The translations under genes and the position numbers were made by a program. Below are positions 1 to 8,808 of a DNA stretch of 64,000 nucleotides, piece after piece (position 1 is the first letter of the stretch; each line of letters opens with the position of its first letter). The stretch spans positions 16,076 to 80,075 of the forward strand of contig DITU01000007.1 in assembly GCA_002422905.1 (NCBI GenBank). Reading direction: 5' to 3'. The notes beneath the pieces were generated by a model, which saw only the letters and a program-made list of their open reading frames with translations, made no database searches and was not told where the DNA came from. The DNA comes from Verrucomicrobia bacterium UBA6176 (lineage in GTDB: Bacteria > Verrucomicrobiota > Verrucomicrobiia > Limisphaerales > UBA9464).

Positions 1-1214
1 TCATACAGGGCATACCCCTTCTTTTTCAGGAACGGATCCAACAACTCACGCCGACGTGTTGAAGGGATATAACCGGTCGTCTCCTGGAACACCTGGTTGA
101 ATTGATCGACCGATTCCGTCAGCAGCAGGCGCTTGACGAGTTCCGGGATCGATTGACGGATCGACAGCAGGTTCCGGAACAGTTCGTTGCTCTTCCCATA
201 ATTGTCGCCCATGCCGTTCAACCCCGGATTGCCCGTGGCATGATCCGTCGTGATCACCAACAGCGTGTCCGGATGCTCGGCCTGATACGCCAGGCAGACA
301 TCAATGGCCTCATCAAACCCGATCATCTCGCGCATGGCCGACGCCGCATCGTTGTTGTGACACGCATGATCCACCCGCCCGCCTTCCACCTGCAAAATGA
401 ACCGCTCCGCCCCACCCAACCGCTTCAACGCAGCACGGGTCATCGTCGCCAGACCCGGCGCGTCCTCCCCCTTCGTAATGCCACCCGCGACATCCACCGT
501 GAACGGCAGGTGTCCCGCGTTGAACAACCCCAGCAATGGCTGATCCGAAGGCGCCGAACGGAGATCACCCGGCTTTTCGATCACCGCATAGCCCGCACCC
601 CGATACGCCTGCTTGAGGTCCAGCTTGTCCTTGCGCGATCCCGCTTCGAAATACTTCCTGCCACCGCCCATCAATACTTCCACCCGACGCTTCAGGTAAT
701 CCTCCGCGATCTCCTCGGCGTTGTTGCGGCTCTTGTTGCACGCGGCAAATCCCGCCGGTGTGGCATGAGTGATCTCGGTCGTGGTCACCAATCCCCGTTG
801 CCATCCGGCCGCTCCCAACAACTCATAGAGCGTCACCAGCTTCCTCCCCGAACTCGTCTGGTTCACCATGCCGTTCGGGATGCGCACCCCGGCTCCCCAC
901 GCCGAGGACGACGCCGACGAATCCGTCACCAACGAGTTCTGCGATCGCACATCCATCAGCCCATGCACCAATTCCGGGCGATTCAGCAGCCGGATCCAGC
1001 TCAGTTCCCGATGCCGCGTCACCTGCGAGTAATGGTTCCCGCAACTCAACATCCCCGACCCCATCCCATCCACCACCAGATGCACGATGTTCCGCGGCAC
1101 TGCCGCCGACGCCGGTGTCGGACGTGACCGAGCCCCGGGCACCGTCGCACAACCCGCCACCGCCAACGGTGCCGCACCGGCCATTCCCTGGAGAAACCTT
1201 CTTCGTGAATTCAT
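1..1214 (-). CDS. Alkaline phosphatase family protein with a Tat-type signal. Partial: the 3' end runs off the left edge of the window.
   Basis: Absent from the supplied ORF track. Hand translation of the minus strand from the ATG at 1214-1212 gives MNSRRRFLQGMAGAAPLAVAGCATV (a twin-arginine style signal). It continues NIVHLVVDGMGSGMLSCGNHY and SLVTDSSASSSAWGSG, which match the DGMG metal-site block and the D-S-x-x-S active-site block of alkaline phosphatases. I verified the first ~105 codons (1214 down to ~900) by hand; the rest down to position 1 was read through by eye. Confidence 0.8.
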   Translation of the reverse strand, partial: MNSRRRFLQGMAGAAPLAVAGCATVPGARSRPTPASAAVPRNIVHLVVDGMGSGMLSCGNHYSQVTRHRELSWIRLLNRPELVHGLMDVRSQNSLVTDSSASSSAWGAGVRIPNGMVNQTSSGRKLVTLYELLGAAGWQRGLVTTTEITHATPAGFAACNKSRNNAEEIAEDYLKRRVEVLMGGGRKYFEAGSRKDKLDLKQAYRGAGYAVIEKPGDLRSAPSDQPLLGLFNAGHLPFTVDVAGGITKGEDAPGLATMTRAALKRLGGAERFILQVEGGRVDHACHNNDAASAMREMIGFDEAIDVCLAYQAEHPDTLLVITTDHATGNPGLNGMGDNYGKSNELFRNLLSIRQSIPELVKRLLLTESVDQFNQVFQETTGYIPSTRRRELLDPFLKKKGYALY

Positions 1215-1368
1215 CGGAACCACGAAACCGTATCATCACCCGTCCCGATGCCCGAAAGCGAAAACCCCGCGTCCCATGACATTCCAGCGTCACTCCGGGA
1301 ACATTCTCCCCTAAACCGGGGTCACCATCCTTTGCGGTCCCGCCCGACGTCAGTAGGGTCGCTCCAAC

Positions 1369-2778
1369 ATGCGCAAGACCCGCATCATCGCCACGCTCGG
1401 ACCCGCCACCGATTCCCCCGACCGCCTCGCCGCCCTCATGGAGGCGGGCGTCAATGTGTTCCGCCTCAACATGAGCCATGCCCGTCACGACTGGGTGCGC
1501 CAGGTTGTGGCCGACATCCGTTCCGCCGCACGCCTCCGCGGCATCCTCCCCGGCATCCTCATGGATACCCAGGGCCCTTCCATCCGCACCGGCGACGTCC
1601 CCGCCGCCATCTCCCTCAGTCCCGGTGAACGCTTCTACTTCACCGTCCGTGGCGGAACCATTCCCGCAGGCTTCAAGGGGACTTCGGTCAACTACGACGA
1701 CCTCGCCAGTGACGTCCATGCAGGCGACACCCTCGTCGTCGACAACGGCGAGATGAAGATGCGCATCCTCAGCACCACTCCCGAATTCGTCGAATGCGAG
1801 GTCCTCACCGAAGGCAGCCTCGGTTCACGGCGCCACATCAATCTCCCCGGTGTCCGCGTCTCCCTCCCCGCCCTCACCGAAAAGGACCGCTCCGATGTCG
1901 CGCTCGGCCTCGAACTCAAGCTCGACTACATCGCCCTCAGCTTCGTCCGCGATCCCGTCGACATCGCCACCCTCCGCGCCTGCTTCCATCCGGACGGCCA
2001 TCAACCCCTCATCGTCGCCAAGATCGAACACCAGTTCGCCGTGGATCACTTCGACGCCATCGCCCAGGAAGCCGATGTCATCATGGTCGCCCGCGGCGAT
2101 CTCGGCGTGGAGTGTCCGTATGAAGAGCTCCCCATCATCCAGCGCCGCATCGTCAAATACTGCCAACGCATCGGCCGACCCGTGATCGTCGCGACCCACA
2201 TGCTCGAAAGCATGATCACCAATCCCCTCCCCACCCGCGCAGAGATCACCGACGTCGCCAATGCCGTCTTCGAACAGGCCGACGCCATCATGCTCAGTGG
2301 CGAAACCACCGTCGGACGTCATCCCCTCGCCTGCATTGAGGTCATGGATACCATCGCCCAACGCATCGAACGGAGCGGCGGCGCCAATTACCACGAGGAA
2401 GCCGAACTCACCCTGCCCCGCCAGAAGTTGGTCAAGAGCGCCGTCATCCTTGCCGACAACCTGGAAGCCACCGCCATCATCGCCTTCACCCGCTCCGGCC
2501 AACTCCCACGTTTCGCCTCCGCATTCCGTCCCAAGACCTCCCCGATCTACGCCTTCTGCGACACCGAATCACTCGCCGGCAAACTCACCCTGCTCCGCGG
2601 GGTCACCCCCATCGTGCTCCCCTCCTGCTCCAACGATCCCGAAGGCTCCATCGACGGCGCCCTCAACCGCCTCGAATCACGCGGCCTCATCAAGACCGGC
2701 GATTCCGTCGTCATCCTCGTCCCCCACGCCACCTCACACGATCGCCAGGTGGAATCCATCAAGATGCGCGTGGTGTGA
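1369..2778 (+). CDS. pyk: Pyruvate kinase
   Basis: 469 aa. The N-terminus MRKTRIIATLGPAT and the blocks NVFRLNMSHA, MVARGDLGVE and ATHMLESM are canonical pyruvate kinase motifs. Confidence 0.95.
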   Translation: MRKTRIIATLGPATDSPDRLAALMEAGVNVFRLNMSHARHDWVRQVVADIRSAARLRGILPGILMDTQGPSIRTGDVPAAISLSPGERFYFTVRGGTIPAGFKGTSVNYDDLASDVHAGDTLVVDNGEMKMRILSTTPEFVECEVLTEGSLGSRRHINLPGVRVSLPALTEKDRSDVALGLELKLDYIALSFVRDPVDIATLRACFHPDGHQPLIVAKIEHQFAVDHFDAIAQEADVIMVARGDLGVECPYEELPIIQRRIVKYCQRIGRPVIVATHMLESMITNPLPTRAEITDVANAVFEQADAIMLSGETTVGRHPLACIEVMDTIAQRIERSGGANYHEEAELTLPRQKLVKSAVILADNLEATAIIAFTRSGQLPRFASAFRPKTSPIYAFCDTESLAGKLTLLRGVTPIVLPSCSNDPEGSIDGALNRLESRGLIKTGDSVVILVPHATSHDRQVESIKMRVV

Positions 2779-2803
2779 CCAGGGCGGTCAGACGGGCTCT
2801 CAC

Positions 2804-4354
2804 TCATTCCGGCCCCGCTCCCGCATAACGCCCCAGCAATTCCACCAGGCGATCCATCTCACCCCGGCCCGATGCCCCCGCATCCGCGGATTGATATCCG
2901 TTCACGTAAATCGCAAACCCCAGTCGTGAACCTCCGGCCGTTGTCAGGTGTCCCGCCAACGCATTCACGTGCCGCAACGTCCCCGTCTTCGCCCGGACCA
3001 CCCCCTTCAACGGCCCCCGGGTGAATCGGCTCCACAACGTTCCATCCACCCCTCCCACCGGCATCGCCTCCAGATAGGTCCGTCCCGCCGGATGCCCCGC
3101 CATGTGGCGCAACAACCGAACCGTCGCCGCCGGCGTCATCAGGTTCTTCCGCGACAGACCAGACCCTTCCTCGATCACCAATGACTCCGGCCCAACCCCG
3201 AACCCCGCCGCAAACCGTCCCATCGCCCGGGCCGCCGCATCCGAATCATCCCCCGCCTCCACCCGCTCACCCGCCCTCGGTCGACGCCGCACATCCGCTC
3301 CCACCTGAAGCCAAAGCTGATGCGCGATCAGGTTGTTCGATGGCTTGAGGCACAGGGCCGCGAGTTCACCCATCGACGCCGAAGGCACCGTCCCCAGCAA
3401 CACCGCGGGTGGATCTTCGCGGGACCGGTTCACCTGCCCGCCCACCCGGATTCCCCCGGACACCAGGGCCGCACGCAATCCACGTCCAAACCACTCCGCC
3501 CCGTCCGGGACAGCCAGCCGTTCACCATGGGTCCGGCCCACGCCCACTTCGCCCGAAACCTCCAGCACCCGACTCCCCGGCAATCGCAACACCCGAACCC
3601 CCGCCACCCGGTTCGTCGGTACCGTCCGCACCGTGGACCGGATCTCGAAGACCCCGTCGAAGGGCGCGGTCCGGACCACCGGCTCACCTCCTGCCGTCGC
3701 GGCACCGATCACGACCAACCGGCAGGTGTTGTCTCCAAAGACCAATCCACCCACCGGCGCCCCATAGCCTTCCTGCAGATCATCCCAGTTCCATCCCGGT
3801 CCATACGGCGTTGCCCGGAACCATTCATCCCGCACCACGATCCCGCCCTGGATCGAACGGACACCTGCCTTCTCCAACGCCTCGCGAAACTTCACCAGGG
3901 CCTTCGGATCCAGCAGGCCTTCTCCCGGGGCCGGATCCCCGCCCCCATCAACCCACAGATCTCCCGGCAACACGCCGTCGGAATTGGGCCGACCCGACGC
4001 CAGCAATCGGGTTTCCCACACGTGATTCGTCCCGAACCGATCCAACGCCATCGCCACCGTGAACAGCTTGGTGTTGGAGGCGGGAACAAAGAGACGCGTG
4101 GAATTCGTCTCGAACCAGACCCGGCCGGAATCCATCGAAACCACCTGCACCCCCCAGGTCGATCCCGGCGCCCGTGTCGCCGCCAACGAAGCCGTCAGCG
4201 CATTCCTCAATCCCGCCAGGTCAGTGACCGCCGATTCGGCCGGGCCCGATGCCGTCGCCGCCCCCTGCCCCAACAAGCGAGACGCGAGAAATCCGATCCC
4301 GCCCCAGATCCGGAACCAACTCCCCATTCCCCATCCAGCTTTCAGCCGCATCAA
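2804..4354 (-). CDS. dacB: D-alanyl-D-alanine carboxypeptidase/endopeptidase (PBP4 family)
   Basis: 516 aa with an N-terminal signal. Contains the S-x-x-K block (PASNTKLFT) and the KTG block (RAKTGTL), with a PBP4-like overall length. Confidence 0.85.
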   Translation of the reverse strand: MMRLKAGWGMGSWFRIWGGIGFLASRLLGQGAATASGPAESAVTDLAGLRNALTASLAATRAPGSTWGVQVVSMDSGRVWFETNSTRLFVPASNTKLFTVAMALDRFGTNHVWETRLLASGRPNSDGVLPGDLWVDGGGDPAPGEGLLDPKALVKFREALEKAGVRSIQGGIVVRDEWFRATPYGPGWNWDDLQEGYGAPVGGLVFGDNTCRLVVIGAATAGGEPVVRTAPFDGVFEIRSTVRTVPTNRVAGVRVLRLPGSRVLEVSGEVGVGRTHGERLAVPDGAEWFGRGLRAALVSGGIRVGGQVNRSREDPPAVLLGTVPSASMGELAALCLKPSNNLIAHQLWLQVGADVRRRPRAGERVEAGDDSDAAARAMGRFAAGFGVGPESLVIEEGSGLSRKNLMTPAATVRLLRHMAGHPAGRTYLEAMPVGGVDGTLWSRFTRGPLKGVVRAKTGTLRHVNALAGHLTTAGGSRLGFAIYVNGYQSADAGASGRGEMDRLVELLGRYAGAGPE

Positions 4355-4758
4355 GGTTCCCTACCGCAGTTCAATAGGCTTTGCCAGACCGGCAAACCCG
4401 GGATGAAAAACGTCGGGGCCGCTACCTTTCCGATGGAGTAGCCAATCCGTGGTCCAGCACCCCTTCTTGAACCACCGATTCCACACTTCGACACCGATAA
4501 TCCCCATGGTGCACCCTGTGAAGCCGGTGATGAGATGTCCGGGAATGGAAAAAGGTGCCAACCCCCGCACTTGGAATCCTCTGCGTCTCGGCGTCGCTGC
4601 GGGAAAAACCTCCCATCCGTGCGCATCCATGGTTTCAAAAATGGGCCTCTTCGGGAGGGTGCAGAACCTGTCCCTGATCAACCCCACCGTCCCTTCGTGG
4701 CTTCGTGCCTTCGTGTGAAAGGAATTCCCGGAAGAGGAGCCTGTCCCCGGGGAACCCC

Positions 4759-4860
4759 TGTGGTGAAACCTGCCGAATGGAGAAGCATTGAGAGGCGGGA
4801 TGAATCCCGCGCTCCCAAGGGAAGGGTTTCACGCGAAGCCCCAAAGAACGCCGAGAAGAC
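4759..4860 (+). repeat. R1 repeat, copy a (~102 bp)
   Basis: tgtggtgaaacctgccgaatggagaagcattgagaggcgggatgaatcccgcgctcccaagggaagggtttcacgcgaagcc... This repeats 212 bp downstream with few differences. Confidence 0.9.
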
Positions 4861-4970
4861 TGAACGGGGGCAGGATTTCGCGTGGGATCGGGTCGGGTGG
4901 CTGGAGAAATCGTACTCGTACTCGCACGCGGTCGGGATGTTGATTCTGGCTCTGTGCTCTCTGTGTTCTC

Positions 4971-5071
4971 TGTGGTGAAACCTGCCGAATGGAGAGGCAT
5001 TGAGAGGCGGGAGAATCCCGCGCTCCCAAGGGAAGGGTTTCACGCGAAGCCGCGAAGAACGCGGAAAGAAG
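4971..5071 (+). repeat. R1 repeat, copy b (~101 bp)
   Basis: Near-identical to 4759-4860, in direct orientation. Confidence 0.9.
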
Positions 5072-5280
5072 GTTGGTCAGGAACCTATCCCCGGTTGGAT
5101 CCGTCTCTGCAGGAGTCAGATCCCATCCGTGTCCATCCGTGCATATCTGTGGTTCAAAACCTCCCTCGGAACCACGGGACCCACCGATCGACACGGGTGA
5201 ATTCATAGAAACCCGGGACAGGGTTCCCTCTGCGAACTCGGTGGTGGGATTTCCGGGTGTGGCGGCGCCCGGGCCTGCGC

Positions 5281-6078
5281 TTACTTCGCCACGTCCTGCA
5301 ACAGCGTCTTCAGGTCTTCCGCCGGCAAGGCCTTCAGCGCTTCCTTGATCTGATCCACCGTCAAGGCCGCCGGAGCCGCCGCACCCTCGCCCCCGCCCGA
5401 AACGGCAACCCCCTCCAACTCGGCCGCGGACCACGGATCCACCCGGGCCGCAGTCGCTGTCCGGATCGCCGCCACCTCCGCGGCGGACACGGCACTTCCC
5501 TTGTTGCCGAATGAATTGCGGATATAGGTCACGACATTGGCGATCTGGACATCATCCATGCTGTCGCGAAAGGCATTCATCTGGTTGTTATAGGTCGAAC
5601 CCTTGACGGTGATCGGTCCTCCCAACCCATGCAGCACGATGCGGATGATCCGGTTCGGTCCCTCGGCCAAGACCCATTCGGATCCGGCCAGCGGCGGGAA
5701 CTGTCCGGCAACGCCATTGCCATCGCCCTGATGACACGGTGCGCAGTAGGTCACGTAAAGCGGGGTCCCGGCCTTGACCGCCTTGGTAACCGGATCGTCC
5801 CCACCCGAGCCACCCACCACCGGAGGCGGCGCCGGATTGATCTGGTTCTCGGAAAACTCATCCGCGCGGAATCCTCCGCTGTACTGGGTGAGATAGCTGC
5901 CCGCCCAGAACAGGAGGACCGCGATGAACACCACCAACCACAGGTTCAACGGCTCGCTGCCTTCCATCGGTTCGGGACGTTCACGCTGCACCGCAGCATG
6001 CATCTGCACCACGTCCGTCGCCTCTCCCCGGTCAAGGGCGGCGGCGGGATCTAACGGGCGATTGGAATCAGCGCTCAT
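5281..6078 (-). CDS. Membrane-anchored monoheme c-type cytochrome, occupying the CcoP position of the cbb3 cluster
   Basis: 265 aa. One TM helix (LWLVVFIAVLLFWAGSY) and a single CxxCH (YCAPCHQGDG). It starts 10 nt after the ccoO stop. Confidence 0.75.
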   Translation of the reverse strand: MSADSNRPLDPAAALDRGEATDVVQMHAAVQRERPEPMEGSEPLNLWLVVFIAVLLFWAGSYLTQYSGGFRADEFSENQINPAPPPVVGGSGGDDPVTKAVKAGTPLYVTYCAPCHQGDGNGVAGQFPPLAGSEWVLAEGPNRIIRIVLHGLGGPITVKGSTYNNQMNAFRDSMDDVQIANVVTYIRNSFGNKGSAVSAAEVAAIRTATAARVDPWSAAELEGVAVSGGGEGAAAPAALTVDQIKEALKALPAEDLKTLLQDVAK

Positions 6079-6088
6079 GCTCTCGGGT

Positions 6089-6739
6089 TCACTCTTCCAC
6101 AGCCGCAGCCTTGGGCAATGGTGCCTCAGGCAGGTCCACCGTGGTCTTCAAACTCCGCAGGTACTCCACCAATTGCCGCGCCTGCGGGCGGGGCACCACT
6201 TCCCACCCGTCCTCCACCGCAAATTCGCCCGACAACTTCAATGCGTCCGACGACGGTCCGGAAGCCGGCACACGGCGCTTCTCGAAGAGGAACGGGTACG
6301 GGGGCATCACGCTGCCCTTGGAAGTGATCTGGGGATTGTACAGGTGGGAATAATGCCAGTCGTGACTCGACTGACGTTCCCCAATGTTCGTCAGGTCCGG
6401 TCCCGTGCGCGATGTGCCCAGCATCACCGGTTTGTCATAGAGATAATCCCGGCTCACCGTCCGACGCCGTCCCCAACCACGTTCAATGTCCGATCCAAAG
6501 CCCTCGGGCCGGACCTGTTGGCTATGGCAATAGACACATCCCAGCGACCGATAATGTTCGGCGCCCTGCTGGGCTTCCCCATGGCGGGGCTGGGGATAGA
6601 CCACCACCACACCGGTGTCATTGGTCGACGTATTGGCGGTCAAGGCACCCAGTTGGCGATTGGGCATCAACACCAGTCCCACCCAGCTCGAGGCGAGCGT
6701 GAACAGGATTCCGAGAAAGAGGAGCGGTCCGTAATTCAT
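6089..6739 (-). CDS. ccoO: cbb3-type cytochrome c oxidase subunit II (monoheme)
   Basis: 216 aa. N-terminal TM helix and the signature LGCVYCHSQQVRP. It lies 4 nt downstream of ccoN. Confidence 0.85.
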   Translation of the reverse strand: MNYGPLLFLGILFTLASSWVGLVLMPNRQLGALTANTSTNDTGVVVVYPQPRHGEAQQGAEHYRSLGCVYCHSQQVRPEGFGSDIERGWGRRRTVSRDYLYDKPVMLGTSRTGPDLTNIGERQSSHDWHYSHLYNPQITSKGSVMPPYPFLFEKRRVPASGPSSDALKLSGEFAVEDGWEVVPRPQARQLVEYLRSLKTTVDLPEAPLPKAAAVEE

Positions 6740-6743
6740 GGCA

Positions 6744-8228
6744 TCACTTGGCAGTCACCGCCGCCGTTCCCGTTTCGGTAAAAAGCTCCACCACCGGCTT
6801 CCGGTAAGGACCGAATACCCGGCACAACAACCAACCCAGATTCACCACGAAAGCCACATGACCCAGGGCCAGCAACAGGCCGGCTCCCGTGCGGATCCGC
6901 AGCCAGGGCAATGTTCCTTCCACCACTTTCAAGAACGGAATCGACGCATCGTTCATCCCCAACCCTTGCAGGATCCCACCATAACTCAGCGGCACCACAT
7001 ACAGGATCAGCCCCAGTGCGCATCCCCAGAAATGCACGGAGATCAATGCCAACGACGGCCATTCCCGCTGCGTGATCCGCGGCACGATGTAATAAAGGGA
7101 CCCGAACATCACCATGGTGAAGAAGCCGTACACACCGAGATGGGCATGGGCGACGGTATGATGGGTGAAATGGACGATCTCGCTGTAGGAACGCAGCGAA
7201 TTGGCCACGCCCTGCAGACTGGTCAACGTGTAGGCCATCGCCCCGAAGACAATGAACCGCAGCGTCGGGCTGTGGCGCAGTTTCCCGAAGTGACCCACCA
7301 TCGTGAAATGATGGTTGATCGCCACCGTGATCACCGGGATCAACATCATCACGCTCGCCACCACCGACACCGTGATCATCCAGGCGGGCATCGGTCCGCC
7401 GATCAGGTGATGCAACCCGTTCCAGTTGTAGAACAGGGCCAGGGACCAGAACCCGAGCACACTCAGGTAGTAGCTGTGGATGGGACGACCGACGACCTTC
7501 GGGATGAAATAATAGATGGCACCCAACCCGATGGGAGTGAACCAGAGGCCGAGGACATTGTGGGCGAACCACCAGTTGACCGAGGCCTGCACCACGCCCC
7601 GGACCGGCTCGATCAACAGCATGATCTGGGCGGTGGCGTACAACCACGGGAACCAGAGCAACGCCGCCAACAGGTACCATTGGCTCACATAGAGATGCCG
7701 TTCACGGCGCAACCGGAAGGTGATCACACTCCACACCGCCACCAACGCATAGCTGAAGAACAGGATGGGAGTCGAATATCGCGGCAGTTCCAACCACTCG
7801 ATCGCCGTCGAATCCCCCACCAGGATTCCCACCACGCCAATGGTCAATCCCAGGTTCCAGAACAATGCCGCCACCGTCGTCAACCCAGGCGCCGGAAACG
7901 GAACCCGACACAACCGACACATCAACCACAGCGTCACCCCAATGCCGGTCTGCGACGCAAACCCATAGATGACCGTGTTGAGGTGGGCGGGTCGGACCCG
8001 GCCAAAGGTGAGCCATTCCCAGGCCGCCAGGAATTCCGGGTTGTGCAGCTTGATGCTCGCCACCAACGCCAACAACGTCCCCAACAGCAGCCACATCAAT
8101 CCGCTGACCACGAAGAACAGCACCGGAACCCGGCACGAGGCATCGATCTCAGCCAGCATGGCCCGTCTCGCCGGGTCACTCTGGACATCGCCCGGCATCA
8201 AGGCCTTTAAAGTATTGGTTGAACTCAT
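6744..8228 (-). CDS. ccoN: cbb3-type cytochrome c oxidase subunit I
   Basis: 494 aa polytopic membrane protein. His-rich heme/Cu ligand blocks (NHHFTMVGHFG, HHTVAHAHLGVYGFF) and a CcoN-like N-terminus. Confidence 0.9.
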   Translation of the reverse strand: MSSTNTLKALMPGDVQSDPARRAMLAEIDASCRVPVLFFVVSGLMWLLLGTLLALVASIKLHNPEFLAAWEWLTFGRVRPAHLNTVIYGFASQTGIGVTLWLMCRLCRVPFPAPGLTTVAALFWNLGLTIGVVGILVGDSTAIEWLELPRYSTPILFFSYALVAVWSVITFRLRRERHLYVSQWYLLAALLWFPWLYATAQIMLLIEPVRGVVQASVNWWFAHNVLGLWFTPIGLGAIYYFIPKVVGRPIHSYYLSVLGFWSLALFYNWNGLHHLIGGPMPAWMITVSVVASVMMLIPVITVAINHHFTMVGHFGKLRHSPTLRFIVFGAMAYTLTSLQGVANSLRSYSEIVHFTHHTVAHAHLGVYGFFTMVMFGSLYYIVPRITQREWPSLALISVHFWGCALGLILYVVPLSYGGILQGLGMNDASIPFLKVVEGTLPWLRIRTGAGLLLALGHVAFVVNLGWLLCRVFGPYRKPVVELFTETGTAAVTAK

Positions 8229-8419
8229 CGGCGATCTCCTCCGCGATTCAGGATCTGGTCGGTGGCCTGGCCCACCGGTTCCTCGTCATCGAAGGGCAAG
8301 AGCGCAGCCCGGTTGAGCAACCGGAACTCGCCGGTGCGCGATGCCCAGTGAAGCGACCAGAGCGCCACCGCCGGCACCACCACCACACTGCCAAGAAGGA
8401 TCAACGCGATGACGTTCAT
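8225..8419 (-). CDS. ccoS: cbb3 oxidase maturation protein CcoS/FixS family
   Basis: 64 aa. One TM helix followed by HWASRTGEF...LLPFDDEEP, resembling the W-A-x-R-x-G-Q-F-D-D...DD pattern of CcoS. Its stop overlaps the ccoN start (ATGA). Confidence 0.7.
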   Translation of the reverse strand: MNVIALILLGSVVVVPAVALWSLHWASRTGEFRLLNRAALLPFDDEEPVGQATDQILNRGGDRR

Positions 8420-8431
8420 CTGGCTGCAACC

Positions 8432-8797
8432 TCATTCAAAGCTCTGCACGGCCTTCGACGATTCCAACCGCTCCAGGAGCTTCGCGCGGCCCGCTTCGGA
8501 TCCCTCGCCCCATTCCGCCACCAGAACCTCCATGGCCCGGTCAACCGACAGACGCGCCAGGTTTTCCTTGTTGGGATCCACCGCAAACTTCACCAACTCG
8601 GCCGCCGCTTCACGCTCCAGCTTTTCACGTGTGGCCTTCCTCGACGTCGCCAACGCCGCGTCCACCGCAGGTGGCTTCTGTCCCACCACCAACCACGCCA
8701 GCGCCCCGATCAACAGGAAGCTCCCAACCACACCCACAAACGACGCCGCCATCGCGCGGGTCTCGGGTTTGCAACAGGTAGAATCGCTCATGTTCAA
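8432..8797 (-). CDS. Hypothetical single-pass membrane protein embedded in the ACIII-cbb3 operon
   Basis: 121 aa. N-terminal MNMSDSTCCKPETR, one TM helix, then a helical charged domain. Packed tightly: 11 nt after actF and 12 nt before ccoS. Confidence 0.5.
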   Translation of the reverse strand: MNMSDSTCCKPETRAMAASFVGVVGSFLLIGALAWLVVGQKPPAVDAALATSRKATREKLEREAAAELVKFAVDPNKENLARLSVDRAMEVLVAEWGEGSEAGRAKLLERLESSKAVQSFE

Positions 8798-8808
8798 CTC
8801 GCGCTTTC

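Larger units (their letters stand above)
4612..5160 (+). repeat. Mosaic of short intergenic repeat modules, non-coding
   Basis: Short-period modules: atccgtg-type at 4612-4641 and 5122-5160, ttcgtg-type at 4692-4722, actcgt-type at 4911-4930, ctctgtg-type at 4949-4981. There is also a gagcctgtccc motif near 4738. The same modules recur in other spacers of this window. Confidence 0.85.

Noticed and set aside
4949-4981. Short-period repeats (ctctgtg, atccgtg, atctgcg arrays) considered as possible CRISPR arrays.
   Set aside because: The units are only 7-10 nt, occur about three per array, have no unique spacers and have no cas genes nearby.
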